64,000 nt of DNA from Patescibacteria group bacterium. GTDB lineage: Bacteria > Patescibacteriota > Minisyncoccia > Phycocordibacterales > Phycocordibacteraceae. Of this stretch, positions 53,093 to 62,493 are shown one piece after another (the stretch's first letter is position 1; each line of letters starts with the position of its first letter). The stretch covers positions 5,363 through 69,362 of the forward strand of contig JBBTSZ010000004.1 in the NCBI GenBank assembly GCA_038064495.1, in the 5' to 3' direction. Under the pieces are notes generated by a model. The model saw only the letters and a program-made list of their open reading frames with translations. It ran no database searches and was not told the DNA's origin. The position numbers and the translations under genes were made by a program.

Positions 53093-55240
53093 ATGTCCAC
53101 CATGAAAACCACATTACGCTGGGTAATTTACATAGCACTTTTTACTATCCCGTTCCTGGCACTATATGTCGCAAACGGCCTGTTTTTCCCGTTTATAACT
53201 GGGAAAGGATTCGCGTTTCGTATTTTGGTAGAAATTGCACTTTTTGCGTGGATTCTCCTTGCGTGCGCAGACCCGGCGTACCGACCTCGTTTTTCATGGA
53301 CTCTGATTCTCTACGCGGTGTTTGTCTCGTGGATTTTTATTGCGGATGTGTTCGGCGTTAATCCACATAAAGCACTCTGGAGTAATTTTGAACGCATGGA
53401 AGGGTGGGTGACTCTTGTGCACGTGTTTGCGTTCTTCCTGGTTACCGCATCGGTATTTACGACTGATAAACTTTGGCGTAAGTGGTGGCTGACCTTTGTT
53501 GCGGTGGCTGCGCTCGTTTGTTGTTATTGCTTACTTCAGCTTTCGGGGGCGATAACTATTCACCAGGGAGGGGTACGTGTGGACGGAACCTTCGGTAACG
53601 CAGCCTATCTCGCCGTGTATCTGCTATTTGGTGCTGCGGTAGCTCTTTGGCAGGCATTTGAGTCAAAAGGGTTCCTCCGATATTCACTCTTTGTGCTCTC
53701 TTTTGTAGAAGTGGTTATTCTCTTCTTTACTGCCACTCGTGGTGCCGTGCTTGGTCTCGTAGGAGCTATTGGTCTTGGTGCACTTCTTTGGATGGTTGAG
53801 TCAGGTTCAAAGGGTAAAAAAGTGGCAGGAGGCATCTTCGTTGCTCTCGTGATTGTTGCCGGAGGGTTCTATCTCCTTCGTGAAAGTGCCTTTGTACAGT
53901 CAGAACCTACACTGCAACGCATTTCCTCCATCTCTATAGGCGATTTAAAAGTTCGCTTTACGCTCTGGGGTATGGCGGTGAAGGGTGTGAGCGAGCGACC
54001 GCTCACGGGGTGGGGCCAGGAAGGTTTTAATTACATATTCAACGAACATTATGTTCCTTCCATGTATCGCCAGGAGCCATGGTTTGACAGAGCCCACAAT
54101 GTCTTCATTGATTGGCTTGTTGCTGGGGGTATTCCTGGGTTTCTTCTTTTTGTCGCTCTTCTGATAAGTGCGGTGCGAGCACTGTATATGGCTGGAGCGA
54201 CTCGGCCTGAACGCGTGATGCTGGTTGCTGCACTCGGCGGATATGCTATTCAAGGTCTCGTGGTGTTTGATAATCTCTTTACCTATGTGCCGCTTGCCGC
54301 AATACTTGCGACCGCACATTCAGTTTCCTCGCGTCCATGGAAGAAGATTGAGGCGCTACCGGTAGCTCGCGAGGCAACGCTCCAGGTCGCCACCCCTATT
54401 GTGGCTGTGTTTGCTGCAACCATTATATGGATGGTAAACGTGCCGAATATCGCAGCATCTAATGAACTTATACATGCCATGTCGTTTACGAGTAACGACC
54501 TCACTTCAAACGTTGACTACTTTAAACAAGCACTTGCAGAGAATACCTACGCGAAACAAGAAATTCGAGAACAGTTAATTATGTTCACCTCGAACGTTGC
54601 GAATCAGCAACAAGGACCCTCACAAGCGATGACGCAACTCGGACAGTTTGCAATGGAAGAAATGGGTAAAGAAGTAGCAACACAGCCAAAGGATGCTCGT
54701 ATTCGCCTTGAGTACGCATTAGGATACCGTGCACTCGGTGACTATGAACATGCACTTGAACAAATTGGTATTGCCCATGAACTCTCACCAAAGAAGCAAG
54801 GCATTCTTCTGGAACAGGGGATTAACTATTGGCAGGTGAACAAATGGGGTGAAGCGCGAGCCTCATTTCATCAGGCGTATGACCTCGATCACTCGTTCCC
54901 CGAACTCGCTGCCTACGCTGCCGCAGGAGACCTAACAACTGGGCACCTCCAGGAGGGCACAGACCTACTTCTTCAGACGGTGGGTACAACTACCGTAGAC
55001 TCTGAGCCGCTCATCCTTGCCTACTACCAAGTGAAGATGTATCCAGAACTCATTCACTCGCTCCAGCTTCAGGTTACCCGTCAGAACGGTTCGGCGGCGT
55101 CTCGTTTCCGTCTTGCCGCAGCGTATGTGGCTGCCGGACAACATGCTGAGGCTCGTGCACAAGTAAACAAAGCTGTTCTTGAGCACCCCGAAGTTGCAGC
55201 TCAAGCAGCTGAATTCATGAAGCACATTCCTGGTGGTTAA
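53093..55240 (+). CDS. O-antigen ligase/polymerase-like polytopic membrane protein with C-terminal TPR-like repeats
   Basis: About 12 TM helices in N-terminal 430 aa; C-terminal soluble helical repeats (AYALGYRALGDYEHALEQ…). Confidence 0.5.
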   Translation: MSTMKTTLRWVIYIALFTIPFLALYVANGLFFPFITGKGFAFRILVEIALFAWILLACADPAYRPRFSWTLILYAVFVSWIFIADVFGVNPHKALWSNFERMEGWVTLVHVFAFFLVTASVFTTDKLWRKWWLTFVAVAALVCCYCLLQLSGAITIHQGGVRVDGTFGNAAYLAVYLLFGAAVALWQAFESKGFLRYSLFVLSFVEVVILFFTATRGAVLGLVGAIGLGALLWMVESGSKGKKVAGGIFVALVIVAGGFYLLRESAFVQSEPTLQRISSISIGDLKVRFTLWGMAVKGVSERPLTGWGQEGFNYIFNEHYVPSMYRQEPWFDRAHNVFIDWLVAGGIPGFLLFVALLISAVRALYMAGATRPERVMLVAALGGYAIQGLVVFDNLFTYVPLAAILATAHSVSSRPWKKIEALPVAREATLQVATPIVAVFAATIIWMVNVPNIAASNELIHAMSFTSNDLTSNVDYFKQALAENTYAKQEIREQLIMFTSNVANQQQGPSQAMTQLGQFAMEEMGKEVATQPKDARIRLEYALGYRALGDYEHALEQIGIAHELSPKKQGILLEQGINYWQVNKWGEARASFHQAYDLDHSFPELAAYAAAGDLTTGHLQEGTDLLLQTVGTTTVDSEPLILAYYQVKMYPELIHSLQLQVTRQNGSAASRFRLAAAYVAAGQHAEARAQVNKAVLEHPEVAAQAAEFMKHIPGG

Positions 55241-56265
55241 TGATTGTTCGAGAAGCAGTACCATTTTCTGAACTCACCACCTTCCAAGTAGGAGGTGAAG
55301 CGCACCTTCTCGTTGAGTGCGAGACACATGAGGACGTACCGCTCGCGGTCGCGTATGCGCGCGAGCACAACCTTCCATTTGTCATGCTCGGACAGGGTAG
55401 CAACGTACTTCCTCCTGATGAGGGATATCTTGGAGTCGTTATACGAGTATCTTCAAAAGCGCGCGCGTATAGAACGGTCGGAGACACCGTAGTCGTCACT
55501 GCTGATGCTGGCGTGTCGTGGGACGAGCTCGTTTCTGAAGTTGCATCCCGAGATCTTTGGGGGATAGAAAATCTTGCCGGTATACCTGGTACGGTGGGCG
55601 CAGCTCCCATTCAAAACATTGGTGCCTACGGTACTGAACTCCAGTCAGTATTTGTTTCGCTTGTAGCTTACGATGCTCACACAGACACTGAGCGAGTTAT
55701 TACGAAAAGAGAAGCAGGCTTCGGGTATCGTGATAGTCGTTTCAAACATGAGCCGGAACTCATTATTACCGAGGTAACGTTTGCACTTTCAAAAAACGGT
55801 GAGCCCCAGATTGGCTATAGTGACCTTAGGGATGCACAGACTCGAGGAGTAGACCTCTCTACACCATCCGCAATTGGTCGCGCCGTACGTGAAATACGCA
55901 GTACCAAGTTCCCTGATTTGAAGACCCACGGTACCGCTGGTTCGTTCTTCAAGAACCCCATTGTCTCGCCGGAACAATTTTCAACACTCTCAACTCGGTA
56001 CGGCGCTATTCCGAGTTACCCGGTGCTTGATGGAGTTAAGATTCCACTTGCGTTTATTTTGGACCGAATACTAAATCTTCGTGGTTACCGAAAGGGGACT
56101 GTTTCGTTGTTCGGTAATCAACCACTCGTACTGGTTGCCGATCGAGGAGCCACTACTCGTGACGTAGATGCGTTTGCGAAGGAGATTGAAGAAAAAGTAT
56201 TTACTGCAACGGGAATTAGTATTGAACGCGAAGTGCGGATGCTCACCGCGCGCGCATCAAAATAA
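55240..56265 (+). CDS. murB: UDP-N-acetylenolpyruvoylglucosamine reductase
   Basis: FAD-binding N-terminal pattern TTFQVGGEAHLLVE; length 341 aa. Confidence 0.7.
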   Translation: MIVREAVPFSELTTFQVGGEAHLLVECETHEDVPLAVAYAREHNLPFVMLGQGSNVLPPDEGYLGVVIRVSSKARAYRTVGDTVVVTADAGVSWDELVSEVASRDLWGIENLAGIPGTVGAAPIQNIGAYGTELQSVFVSLVAYDAHTDTERVITKREAGFGYRDSRFKHEPELIITEVTFALSKNGEPQIGYSDLRDAQTRGVDLSTPSAIGRAVREIRSTKFPDLKTHGTAGSFFKNPIVSPEQFSTLSTRYGAIPSYPVLDGVKIPLAFILDRILNLRGYRKGTVSLFGNQPLVLVADRGATTRDVDAFAKEIEEKVFTATGISIEREVRMLTARASK

Positions 56266-56426
56266 ATTATTTTTTTGTAAAAAAAGTTATCCACATTTAC
56301 TAAAAAAAAGTTACAAAAAAATTAATTGCGCGCAATAATATTACTTAGAACACATTCGCGTGAAGTATAAAAAGTTTACGTGGATGGGTCGACAATATCA
56401 GTCGTAGAGAACATATACATATACTT

Positions 56427-56552
56427 ATGGCAGCAAAGAAGAAGGCCGCAAAGAAGACGACTAAGCGCAAAGCCGCAAAGAAGACAACTAAGAAGGCCGC
56501 AAAGAAGACCACGAAGAAGGCAGCAAAGCGCAAGACCGCAAAGCGCAAATAG
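56427..56552 (+). CDS. 41 aa Lys/Ala-rich basic repeat protein (histone H1/Hc1-like nucleoid protein candidate)
   Basis: MAAKKKAAKKTTKRKAAKKTTKKAAKKTTKKAAKRKTAKRK; built from 24-27 nt tandem DNA repeats; AT-rich upstream region with 12-bp palindrome ATTGCGCGCAAT (56325-56336); hairpin terminator downstream. Confidence 0.45.
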   Translation: MAAKKKAAKKTTKRKAAKKTTKKAAKKTTKKAAKRKTAKRK

Positions 56553-56570
56553 TCTCTTCTGACTTTTTCC

Positions 56571-56600
56571 AAAAGACTCCTCTCCAGGAGTCTTTTGCGT
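56571..56600 (+). terminator. Hairpin terminator after small basic protein gene
   Basis: AAAAGACTCCT-ctcc-AGGAGTCTTTT. Confidence 0.5.
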
Positions 56601-56747
56601 TAGCAAGCTCTTGAAGCCCTCGTCTGCTTTGTTGCGGGCTACGTGCTTTCTTCCACCGTACTTCAAGTACGTTTCCAGAAATCACGTGCTCGCGCCTCGC
56701 ATACAAGGCCTTCCAGAGCCATCTAAGAAAAGGTATAGTCTATCTCT

Positions 56748-59276
56748 ATGGCCACGTTTTTGGGCAAGTTATTCTCTCAAAACCAGTCCGCAGCTTTTTT
56801 AAAGGCTGGCGGGGCAGTGGTTCTACACGCCAACTCGCTTGCGGCGGGTCTTGAGAAACTCACGAAGGAAGAGCTTAGAGCCCAGCTACAAACGGTGCGT
56901 GCTCGTACGAGTGGCGCACCATCTAAAGACGAAGACATCGGAGAGGTTTTTGCACTGGTTCGTGAAGCATCTCGCCGCACCTTGAAAGAGCGCCACTACG
57001 ACGTACAGCTCCTCGGAGGTCTTGCCCTTAGTAAAGGAAAGATTGCTGAGATGCGTACCGGAGAAGGTAAGACGCTCGTTGCTACGCTTGCCGTTACCCT
57101 TCGTGCTATTGCCGGTAAAGGTGTTCATGTCGTGACAGTGAATGATTACCTTGCACGCCGTGATGGTGCGTGGATGGGGCAGATTTATGAGTACCTCGGT
57201 CTTACGCTTGGCGTGGTCACTTCAAGTGGCTCGTATGTATATGATCCTTCGCACGTTCCAGCAGAAGAAGACGAAGCACGTGACGAAACTGCTTCATTCC
57301 GTGTGTTCTACGATTTCCTTCGTCCGGTGAATAAGAAGGATGCGTACGCATCGGATATTACGTACGCGACGAACAACGAGCTCGGGTTCGATTATCTTCG
57401 AGATAACACTGCGTACGACGCGTCACAAATGGTACAACGCGGACACCACTATGCGATTGTGGACGAGATTGACTCTATTTTGATTGATGAGGCGCGTACC
57501 CCGCTTATTATTTCTGGTCCTGCAGGAGACGCAGAGTCGCTCTACGAGCGCTTTGCTGGCATTGCGGCAACCCTTGCTCTCGGTGAGGACTACACGATAG
57601 ACGAGAAGCAAAAGGCAATTCAGCTGACCGGCGAGGGAATTACTAAGGCCGAGCAGGCGCTCGGGATTGAAAACCTCTACACCGAAGGCGGTATGAAGTA
57701 TGCGCATCACCTGGAGACGGCAGTACGTGCCCAGGCCCTTTTCCATAAAGACAAGGAGTATGTGGTTAAGGATAACGAGATTCTTATCGTGGACGAATTT
57801 ACCGGACGCCTCCAGCCGGGGCGCCGTTGGAGCGAAGGTCTCCACCAGGCGATAGAGGCAAAGGAGCGCGTACCCATACAAAAAGAAACCCGTACGTACG
57901 CAAGTGTGACTTTCCAAAATTACTTCCGCATGTACGAAGCCCTCTCTGGTATGACGGGTACCGGACTTTCTTCAGAAGAGGAGTTCTATACCGTGTACGG
58001 CCTTGATGTCGTTGTGGTGCCAACGAACCGTGAAGTAGCACGTATTGACCACCACGACCTTATTTTCCAGACCACCAAAGGAAAGTACGAAGCACTTACG
58101 AGGCACGTTGAGGAACTCCACAAAAAGGGTCAGCCTGTGCTCGTCGGTACGGTATCCATTGAAGATAACGATGTGGTCGCCGACTATTTTAAGAAAGCGG
58201 GTATTCCGCACGAAGTATTGAATGCGAAGAATCACGAACGTGAAGGAGAAATCATTGCGCAGGCAGGACGCGCAGGACGCGTCACCGTTGCAACGAACCT
58301 CGCCGGTCGTGGTGTGGACATTAAGCTGGGTGGTGCACCGGTTGTTCCTGAGGAATACGACAAGGTTAAAAATGCAGGCGGACTTGCGGTGATTGGTACG
58401 GAGCGTCATGAGGCTCGTCGTATTGATAACCAGCTTCGCGGTCGTGCAGGACGTCAGGGAGATCCCGGTGACACCATCTTCTATGTATCGCTTGAAGATA
58501 AACTCATGCGTGTCTTCGCTTCAGACATGATTAAGAACGTGATGGGCACGTTCAAGATTCCTGAAGATGAACCGATTGCAAGTGGCATGATTACCAAGTC
58601 CCTAGAGACCGCTCAAAAGCGCATTGAAGGGTTTAACTTCGATTCGCGTAAACAGGTGCTTGCGTATGACGACGTCTTGAACACCCAGCGCCTTGCGGTC
58701 TATCAGGACCGAAGAACAGCTCTCCTTGGCACGCCCGAGGAGCTTGAGAGCCGCGTACACGAGCTCATTGAGAGTGATGAGACTGCAAAGCAGGCCTTTG
58801 AGCAAAAGAAAGTGGAAATTGGTACCGAAGTGTTCAGTGCACTCCTCCGTCGTATTGTGCTCCAAGTCACGGACGCGTTCTGGCTTGAACAGTTGGAAAC
58901 GATGGAATACCTTCGTCGCTCTGTCTCGCTTCGTGCCTACGGCCAGCGGGACCCTCTTATTGAGTATCGTAGAGAGGGACTTATTCAATTCAACGTGATG
59001 CAGGAGGGTATTCGTCGCGCCGTCGCTGAAGCGGTTGTGCATGTCGCGCCTGCTGACGATGCGCGCATTCGTGCAGAAGAAGAGCGCACGCGTCGTGCCC
59101 TCGTTGCCGCAAGTGAGGGCGCCGATACTTCGGCAGCCCCTACGCCAGTGGTCCACACGGGTGTTCAACACAGACGGAATGATGAGGTCACCATCCGTAA
59201 GGGAGACGAGACAAAGACACTCAAATTTAAGAAAGCAGAACCGCTCCTTGCTGAAGGTTGGAGTATCGTCGAATAG
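56748..59276 (+). CDS. secA: Preprotein translocase ATPase SecA
   Basis: 842 aa; Walker A MRTGEGKTLVATL; DEAD-like IVDEIDSILIDEARTPLIISG; typical SecA layout. Confidence 0.9.
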   Translation: MATFLGKLFSQNQSAAFLKAGGAVVLHANSLAAGLEKLTKEELRAQLQTVRARTSGAPSKDEDIGEVFALVREASRRTLKERHYDVQLLGGLALSKGKIAEMRTGEGKTLVATLAVTLRAIAGKGVHVVTVNDYLARRDGAWMGQIYEYLGLTLGVVTSSGSYVYDPSHVPAEEDEARDETASFRVFYDFLRPVNKKDAYASDITYATNNELGFDYLRDNTAYDASQMVQRGHHYAIVDEIDSILIDEARTPLIISGPAGDAESLYERFAGIAATLALGEDYTIDEKQKAIQLTGEGITKAEQALGIENLYTEGGMKYAHHLETAVRAQALFHKDKEYVVKDNEILIVDEFTGRLQPGRRWSEGLHQAIEAKERVPIQKETRTYASVTFQNYFRMYEALSGMTGTGLSSEEEFYTVYGLDVVVVPTNREVARIDHHDLIFQTTKGKYEALTRHVEELHKKGQPVLVGTVSIEDNDVVADYFKKAGIPHEVLNAKNHEREGEIIAQAGRAGRVTVATNLAGRGVDIKLGGAPVVPEEYDKVKNAGGLAVIGTERHEARRIDNQLRGRAGRQGDPGDTIFYVSLEDKLMRVFASDMIKNVMGTFKIPEDEPIASGMITKSLETAQKRIEGFNFDSRKQVLAYDDVLNTQRLAVYQDRRTALLGTPEELESRVHELIESDETAKQAFEQKKVEIGTEVFSALLRRIVLQVTDAFWLEQLETMEYLRRSVSLRAYGQRDPLIEYRREGLIQFNVMQEGIRRAVAEAVVHVAPADDARIRAEEERTRRALVAASEGADTSAAPTPVVHTGVQHRRNDEVTIRKGDETKTLKFKKAEPLLAEGWSIVE

Positions 59277-59283
59277 GCTAACC

Positions 59284-59826
59284 ATGAAAGACGTTGTCTT
59301 TATTACGGGCAATGAGCGGAAAGCGGATTATCTAGCCCAGTATCTCGGGATACCAGTTGAACACGTGAAGATGGAGCTCGACGAGATACAGTCACTCGAT
59401 TTCACGGAAGTAGTCCGTCACAAAGTCCGGCAAGCTTATATACGGGTTGATCGACCCGTTCTTGTTGAAGATTCCGGACTAGAGTTCGCTAGTTTCGGTC
59501 GGCTTCCTGGCACATTTAGCAAATCTTTCATTCACGAGATCGGCCTTGAAGCCATGTGTCGACTGGTAGATGGTAGAGACCGATCGGCCACCGTTCGATG
59601 CGTTTTCGGATATTTTGACGGTGAACACGAGGCATATTTCGAGGGTAGTATGTCGGGAACTATTGCAGAGCACCCTGTCGGGAAATCTGGTTTTGGGTTC
59701 GATACTATCTTTATACCAGAAGGGTATAAGGTAACTCGTGCTGAACTTTCTGAAGACGACGACCGAAAGACGTACCTTCGTATTAAGCCGTTTGAACAAG
59801 TAAAGGAGTTTCTGCTCTCCAGGTGA
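59284..59826 (+). CDS. rdgB: Non-canonical purine NTP pyrophosphatase (RdgB/HAM1 family)
   Basis: VVFITGNERKADYL; FGFDTIFIPEG; 180 aa; ORF-track 5' extension overlapping secA rejected. Confidence 0.65.
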   Translation: MKDVVFITGNERKADYLAQYLGIPVEHVKMELDEIQSLDFTEVVRHKVRQAYIRVDRPVLVEDSGLEFASFGRLPGTFSKSFIHEIGLEAMCRLVDGRDRSATVRCVFGYFDGEHEAYFEGSMSGTIAEHPVGKSGFGFDTIFIPEGYKVTRAELSEDDDRKTYLRIKPFEQVKEFLLSR

Positions 59827-59856
59827 TTTCTAGCGACTTGTGATAGGGTGGGCTAT

Positions 59857-60831
59857 ATGGCACTGATAGACCACCTCATACTCCATGCAACAGCCGGTCG
59901 CGGTGGCGACGGTGTGGTGCGCTGGCTTCATATTAAAGGAAAAGAAAAAGGAGGACCTGCTGGTGGCGATGGAGGGAAGGGTGGTGACATCATTCTTGAA
60001 GGAGTACAGGACTTAGGCGCACTCGCTCAGTATCGCTACAGCAAGAAGTTTCGTGCAGAGCACGGTTTTCCCGGAGAGAACAACAACCGCCATGGCGCTG
60101 ACGGAAAACCGGTCGTCATTAAAGTTCCGGTGGGAACGGTTATTAAGAACGCGACTACCAAAGAAACAGTTGAGATTCTTGCTGAAGGTCAGCGCGAAAC
60201 AATCTTTAAAGGTGGAGCAGGTGGGAAAGGGAACGCTCACTACAAAAGCTCTATAAATCAGAATCCAACCGAGTCTTCACCTGGTAAAAATGGAGGGGCT
60301 GGGGATATCGATTTAAGCCTCAAACTCATCGCTGACGTGGGGTTTATCGGCTTCCCGAACGCAGGGAAGTCATCTCTTTTGAATGAATTGACCCATGCAA
60401 AGTCCAAAGTCGCTTCCTATGCCTTCACCACACTTGATCCTCACCTCGGCAACTTTTACGGCTTCATCCTTGCAGACATCCCAGGACTCATTGAAGGTGC
60501 ATCGTCAGGGAAAGGTCTTGGTTCTCGTTTCCTCAAACACATAGAACGTACTAAGTTTCTTGTACATCTCGTCTCGGCTGAACAAGATAAGCCTGCAGAG
60601 GCCTATAGTGCAATACGAAACGAGCTAGCAAGCTTCGGTCGTGGACTTGCGGAAAAGCCGGAACTCGTACTCCTTTCCAAAACGGATATGCTTACTCCCG
60701 AAGAGCTCAAAAAGACCCTTAAGGAACTTGAAGTGGTCACCAAGGTCCCGGTATTGCCACTTTCCATTTTAGAACCGGCGCTCGTAAAATCAGTCTCCGA
60801 CAGACTCGCGAAAGAGCTCAAAACGACCTAA
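59857..60831 (+). CDS. obg: GTPase Obg (N-terminal Obg fold + G domain, no C-terminal extension)
   Basis: Gly-rich Obg fold GRGGDGVVRW…GGPAGGDGGKGGDIILE; G1 GFPNAGKSSLLN; G3 DIPGLIEGAS. Confidence 0.8.
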   Translation: MALIDHLILHATAGRGGDGVVRWLHIKGKEKGGPAGGDGGKGGDIILEGVQDLGALAQYRYSKKFRAEHGFPGENNNRHGADGKPVVIKVPVGTVIKNATTKETVEILAEGQRETIFKGGAGGKGNAHYKSSINQNPTESSPGKNGGAGDIDLSLKLIADVGFIGFPNAGKSSLLNELTHAKSKVASYAFTTLDPHLGNFYGFILADIPGLIEGASSGKGLGSRFLKHIERTKFLVHLVSAEQDKPAEAYSAIRNELASFGRGLAEKPELVLLSKTDMLTPEELKKTLKELEVVTKVPVLPLSILEPALVKSVSDRLAKELKTT

Positions 60832-60900
60832 GTACCGCTTGCGAACCAAGCAGTCTCCATGCAAGATAGAGGTAATGGGAGCGACTAAACGAAAACGAGT

Positions 60901-62145
60901 ATGAGATACGTGACCCTACTTCTTGGCTTCCTTCTTCTGGCTCCTCAAGCACACGCTGCACGAATTTTCCAGACGGGGGCTGAACTTAATAGTACGACCG
61001 CAGGTATGGAAGTGACTTCGGTTGATGGCACGGGAGCAAGCGTAAGCTCAACGAACGTACGCTCTGGTAACTACGTCTGGCGCTCTAACAACAGTGGAAA
61101 TACGAGCGGCATCACACAACGTCTCTCAGGAAACGATGTTTTTACACCTGGTTATCTTCGCGTCTATTTTTACTTCGCCACACTACCCAGTGTGAAGCAA
61201 CGCATCATGCAGTTCAATACCGCAGCTAACCTGCTGTCAGCAAGAGTAGACATATATACCGATGGAAAACTTGTTCTCATGAACTCATCAAGCGTGGCGA
61301 TAGGTACTTCAACTCTTGCACTCCAAACTAACAGGTGGTATCGGCTGGAACTTAAAGATGACCCGACGTTGAACCCAGGAAAACTTGAGCTGAGGGTAGA
61401 CGGCGTCACCGTCGTTAAAGGAGACAGTGATTCACAAGCAGGTTGGGCACGTGTGCGTGTGGGACCAAACTTGAATAACAGCGTCACGGACGTGTACTAC
61501 GACGATATTGCGGTAAACACGAGTTCCGGTACGAGCCAAAACTCATGGCCGGGGGACGGTAAGCTCGTACTCCTTTCGCCAAATGCGGCTGGAGACTCAA
61601 ATCAGTGGCTGGATACGGTGGGAGGAGCTGGTACTACCAATAACTATACGTTGGTTGATGAAATACCACCCAACAACGCTACTGACTTTGTGAACTCCGG
61701 AACACTCAACGATACGGACTGGTACGGCATTTCTCCAATGTCGGCAGTGAGACGTATTAACGTGGTGAGTGTGCATGGTAGGCTCACGAACAATACAGCC
61801 GACGCGACCACAGCAGCAAAATGGCAGATACAGAAGATATCAGGAGGCACGGTCTCCCAAGGAACAGCAGTTATTCCGAACTCAACGACGTGGTGTACGG
61901 ACGGTAACAGCACAACCATTTGGCAGAATATTCTGACACTTTACAACGACCCCGATGGGCAGCCATGGACGTGGCAAACACTACAGACAGCACAAATAGG
62001 TCCTAAGATAACTGCTTCAAACGCGAACCGTATTCAAGTATCCTCTATGTGGGTGTATGTGGATTACTCAGACTTGTCGAGCGGCGTGTATATCCAAACA
62101 AAAGGTCTCTTCCAACTCCTTAAAGGGCTGTTCGTAATACTATAA
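60901..62145 (+). CDS. Secreted lectin-like protein (concanavalin/LamG-like jelly-roll predicted), hypothetical
   Basis: Signal peptide MRYVTLLLGFLLLAPQAHAA; two beta-rich domains; many N-x-S/T; lies between the obg direct repeats. Confidence 0.55.
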   Translation: MRYVTLLLGFLLLAPQAHAARIFQTGAELNSTTAGMEVTSVDGTGASVSSTNVRSGNYVWRSNNSGNTSGITQRLSGNDVFTPGYLRVYFYFATLPSVKQRIMQFNTAANLLSARVDIYTDGKLVLMNSSSVAIGTSTLALQTNRWYRLELKDDPTLNPGKLELRVDGVTVVKGDSDSQAGWARVRVGPNLNNSVTDVYYDDIAVNTSSGTSQNSWPGDGKLVLLSPNAAGDSNQWLDTVGGAGTTNNYTLVDEIPPNNATDFVNSGTLNDTDWYGISPMSAVRRINVVSVHGRLTNNTADATTAAKWQIQKISGGTVSQGTAVIPNSTTWCTDGNSTTIWQNILTLYNDPDGQPWTWQTLQTAQIGPKITASNANRIQVSSMWVYVDYSDLSSGVYIQTKGLFQLLKGLFVIL

Positions 62146-62192
62146 GCAATCCAAACAATGCGGCGCACTGGAGCTTAGGTGACGCAAAGGGG

Positions 62193-62490
62193 TCATCCTT
62201 GCAGACATCCCAGGACTCATTGAAGGTGCATCGTCAGGGAAAGGTCTTGGTTCTCGTTTCCTCAAACACATAGAACGTACTAAGTTTCTTGTACATCTCG
62301 TCTCGGCTGAACAAGATAAGCCTGCAGAGGCCTATAGTGCAATACGAAACGAGCTAGCCACCTTCGGCCGTGGACTCTCAGAAAAGCCACAAACCATCTT
62401 CGTAAAAATAAGTCTCCGACAACCTCGCGAAAGAGCTCAAAACGACCTAAGTACCGCTTGCGAACCAAGCAGTCTCCATGCAAGATGGAG
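62193..62490 (+). pseudogene. Degenerate partial duplicate of obg 3' end plus obg-gatB intergenic region (direct repeat of about 60463-60870)
   Basis: About 166 nt identical to 60463-60629, then diverged/deleted segment, then about 77 nt matching 60791-60868. Confidence 0.75.
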
Positions 62491-62493
62491 GCA

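Noticed and set aside
56345-56706. Minus-strand ORFs 56345..56572, 56376..56666, 56488..56706 and plus ORF 56380..56562
   Set aside because: Low-complexity translations (FAAFFVVFFAAF…, RRRPQRRR…) generated by reading the AAG/GCC tandem repeats of the small Lys/Ala-rich gene in other frames.
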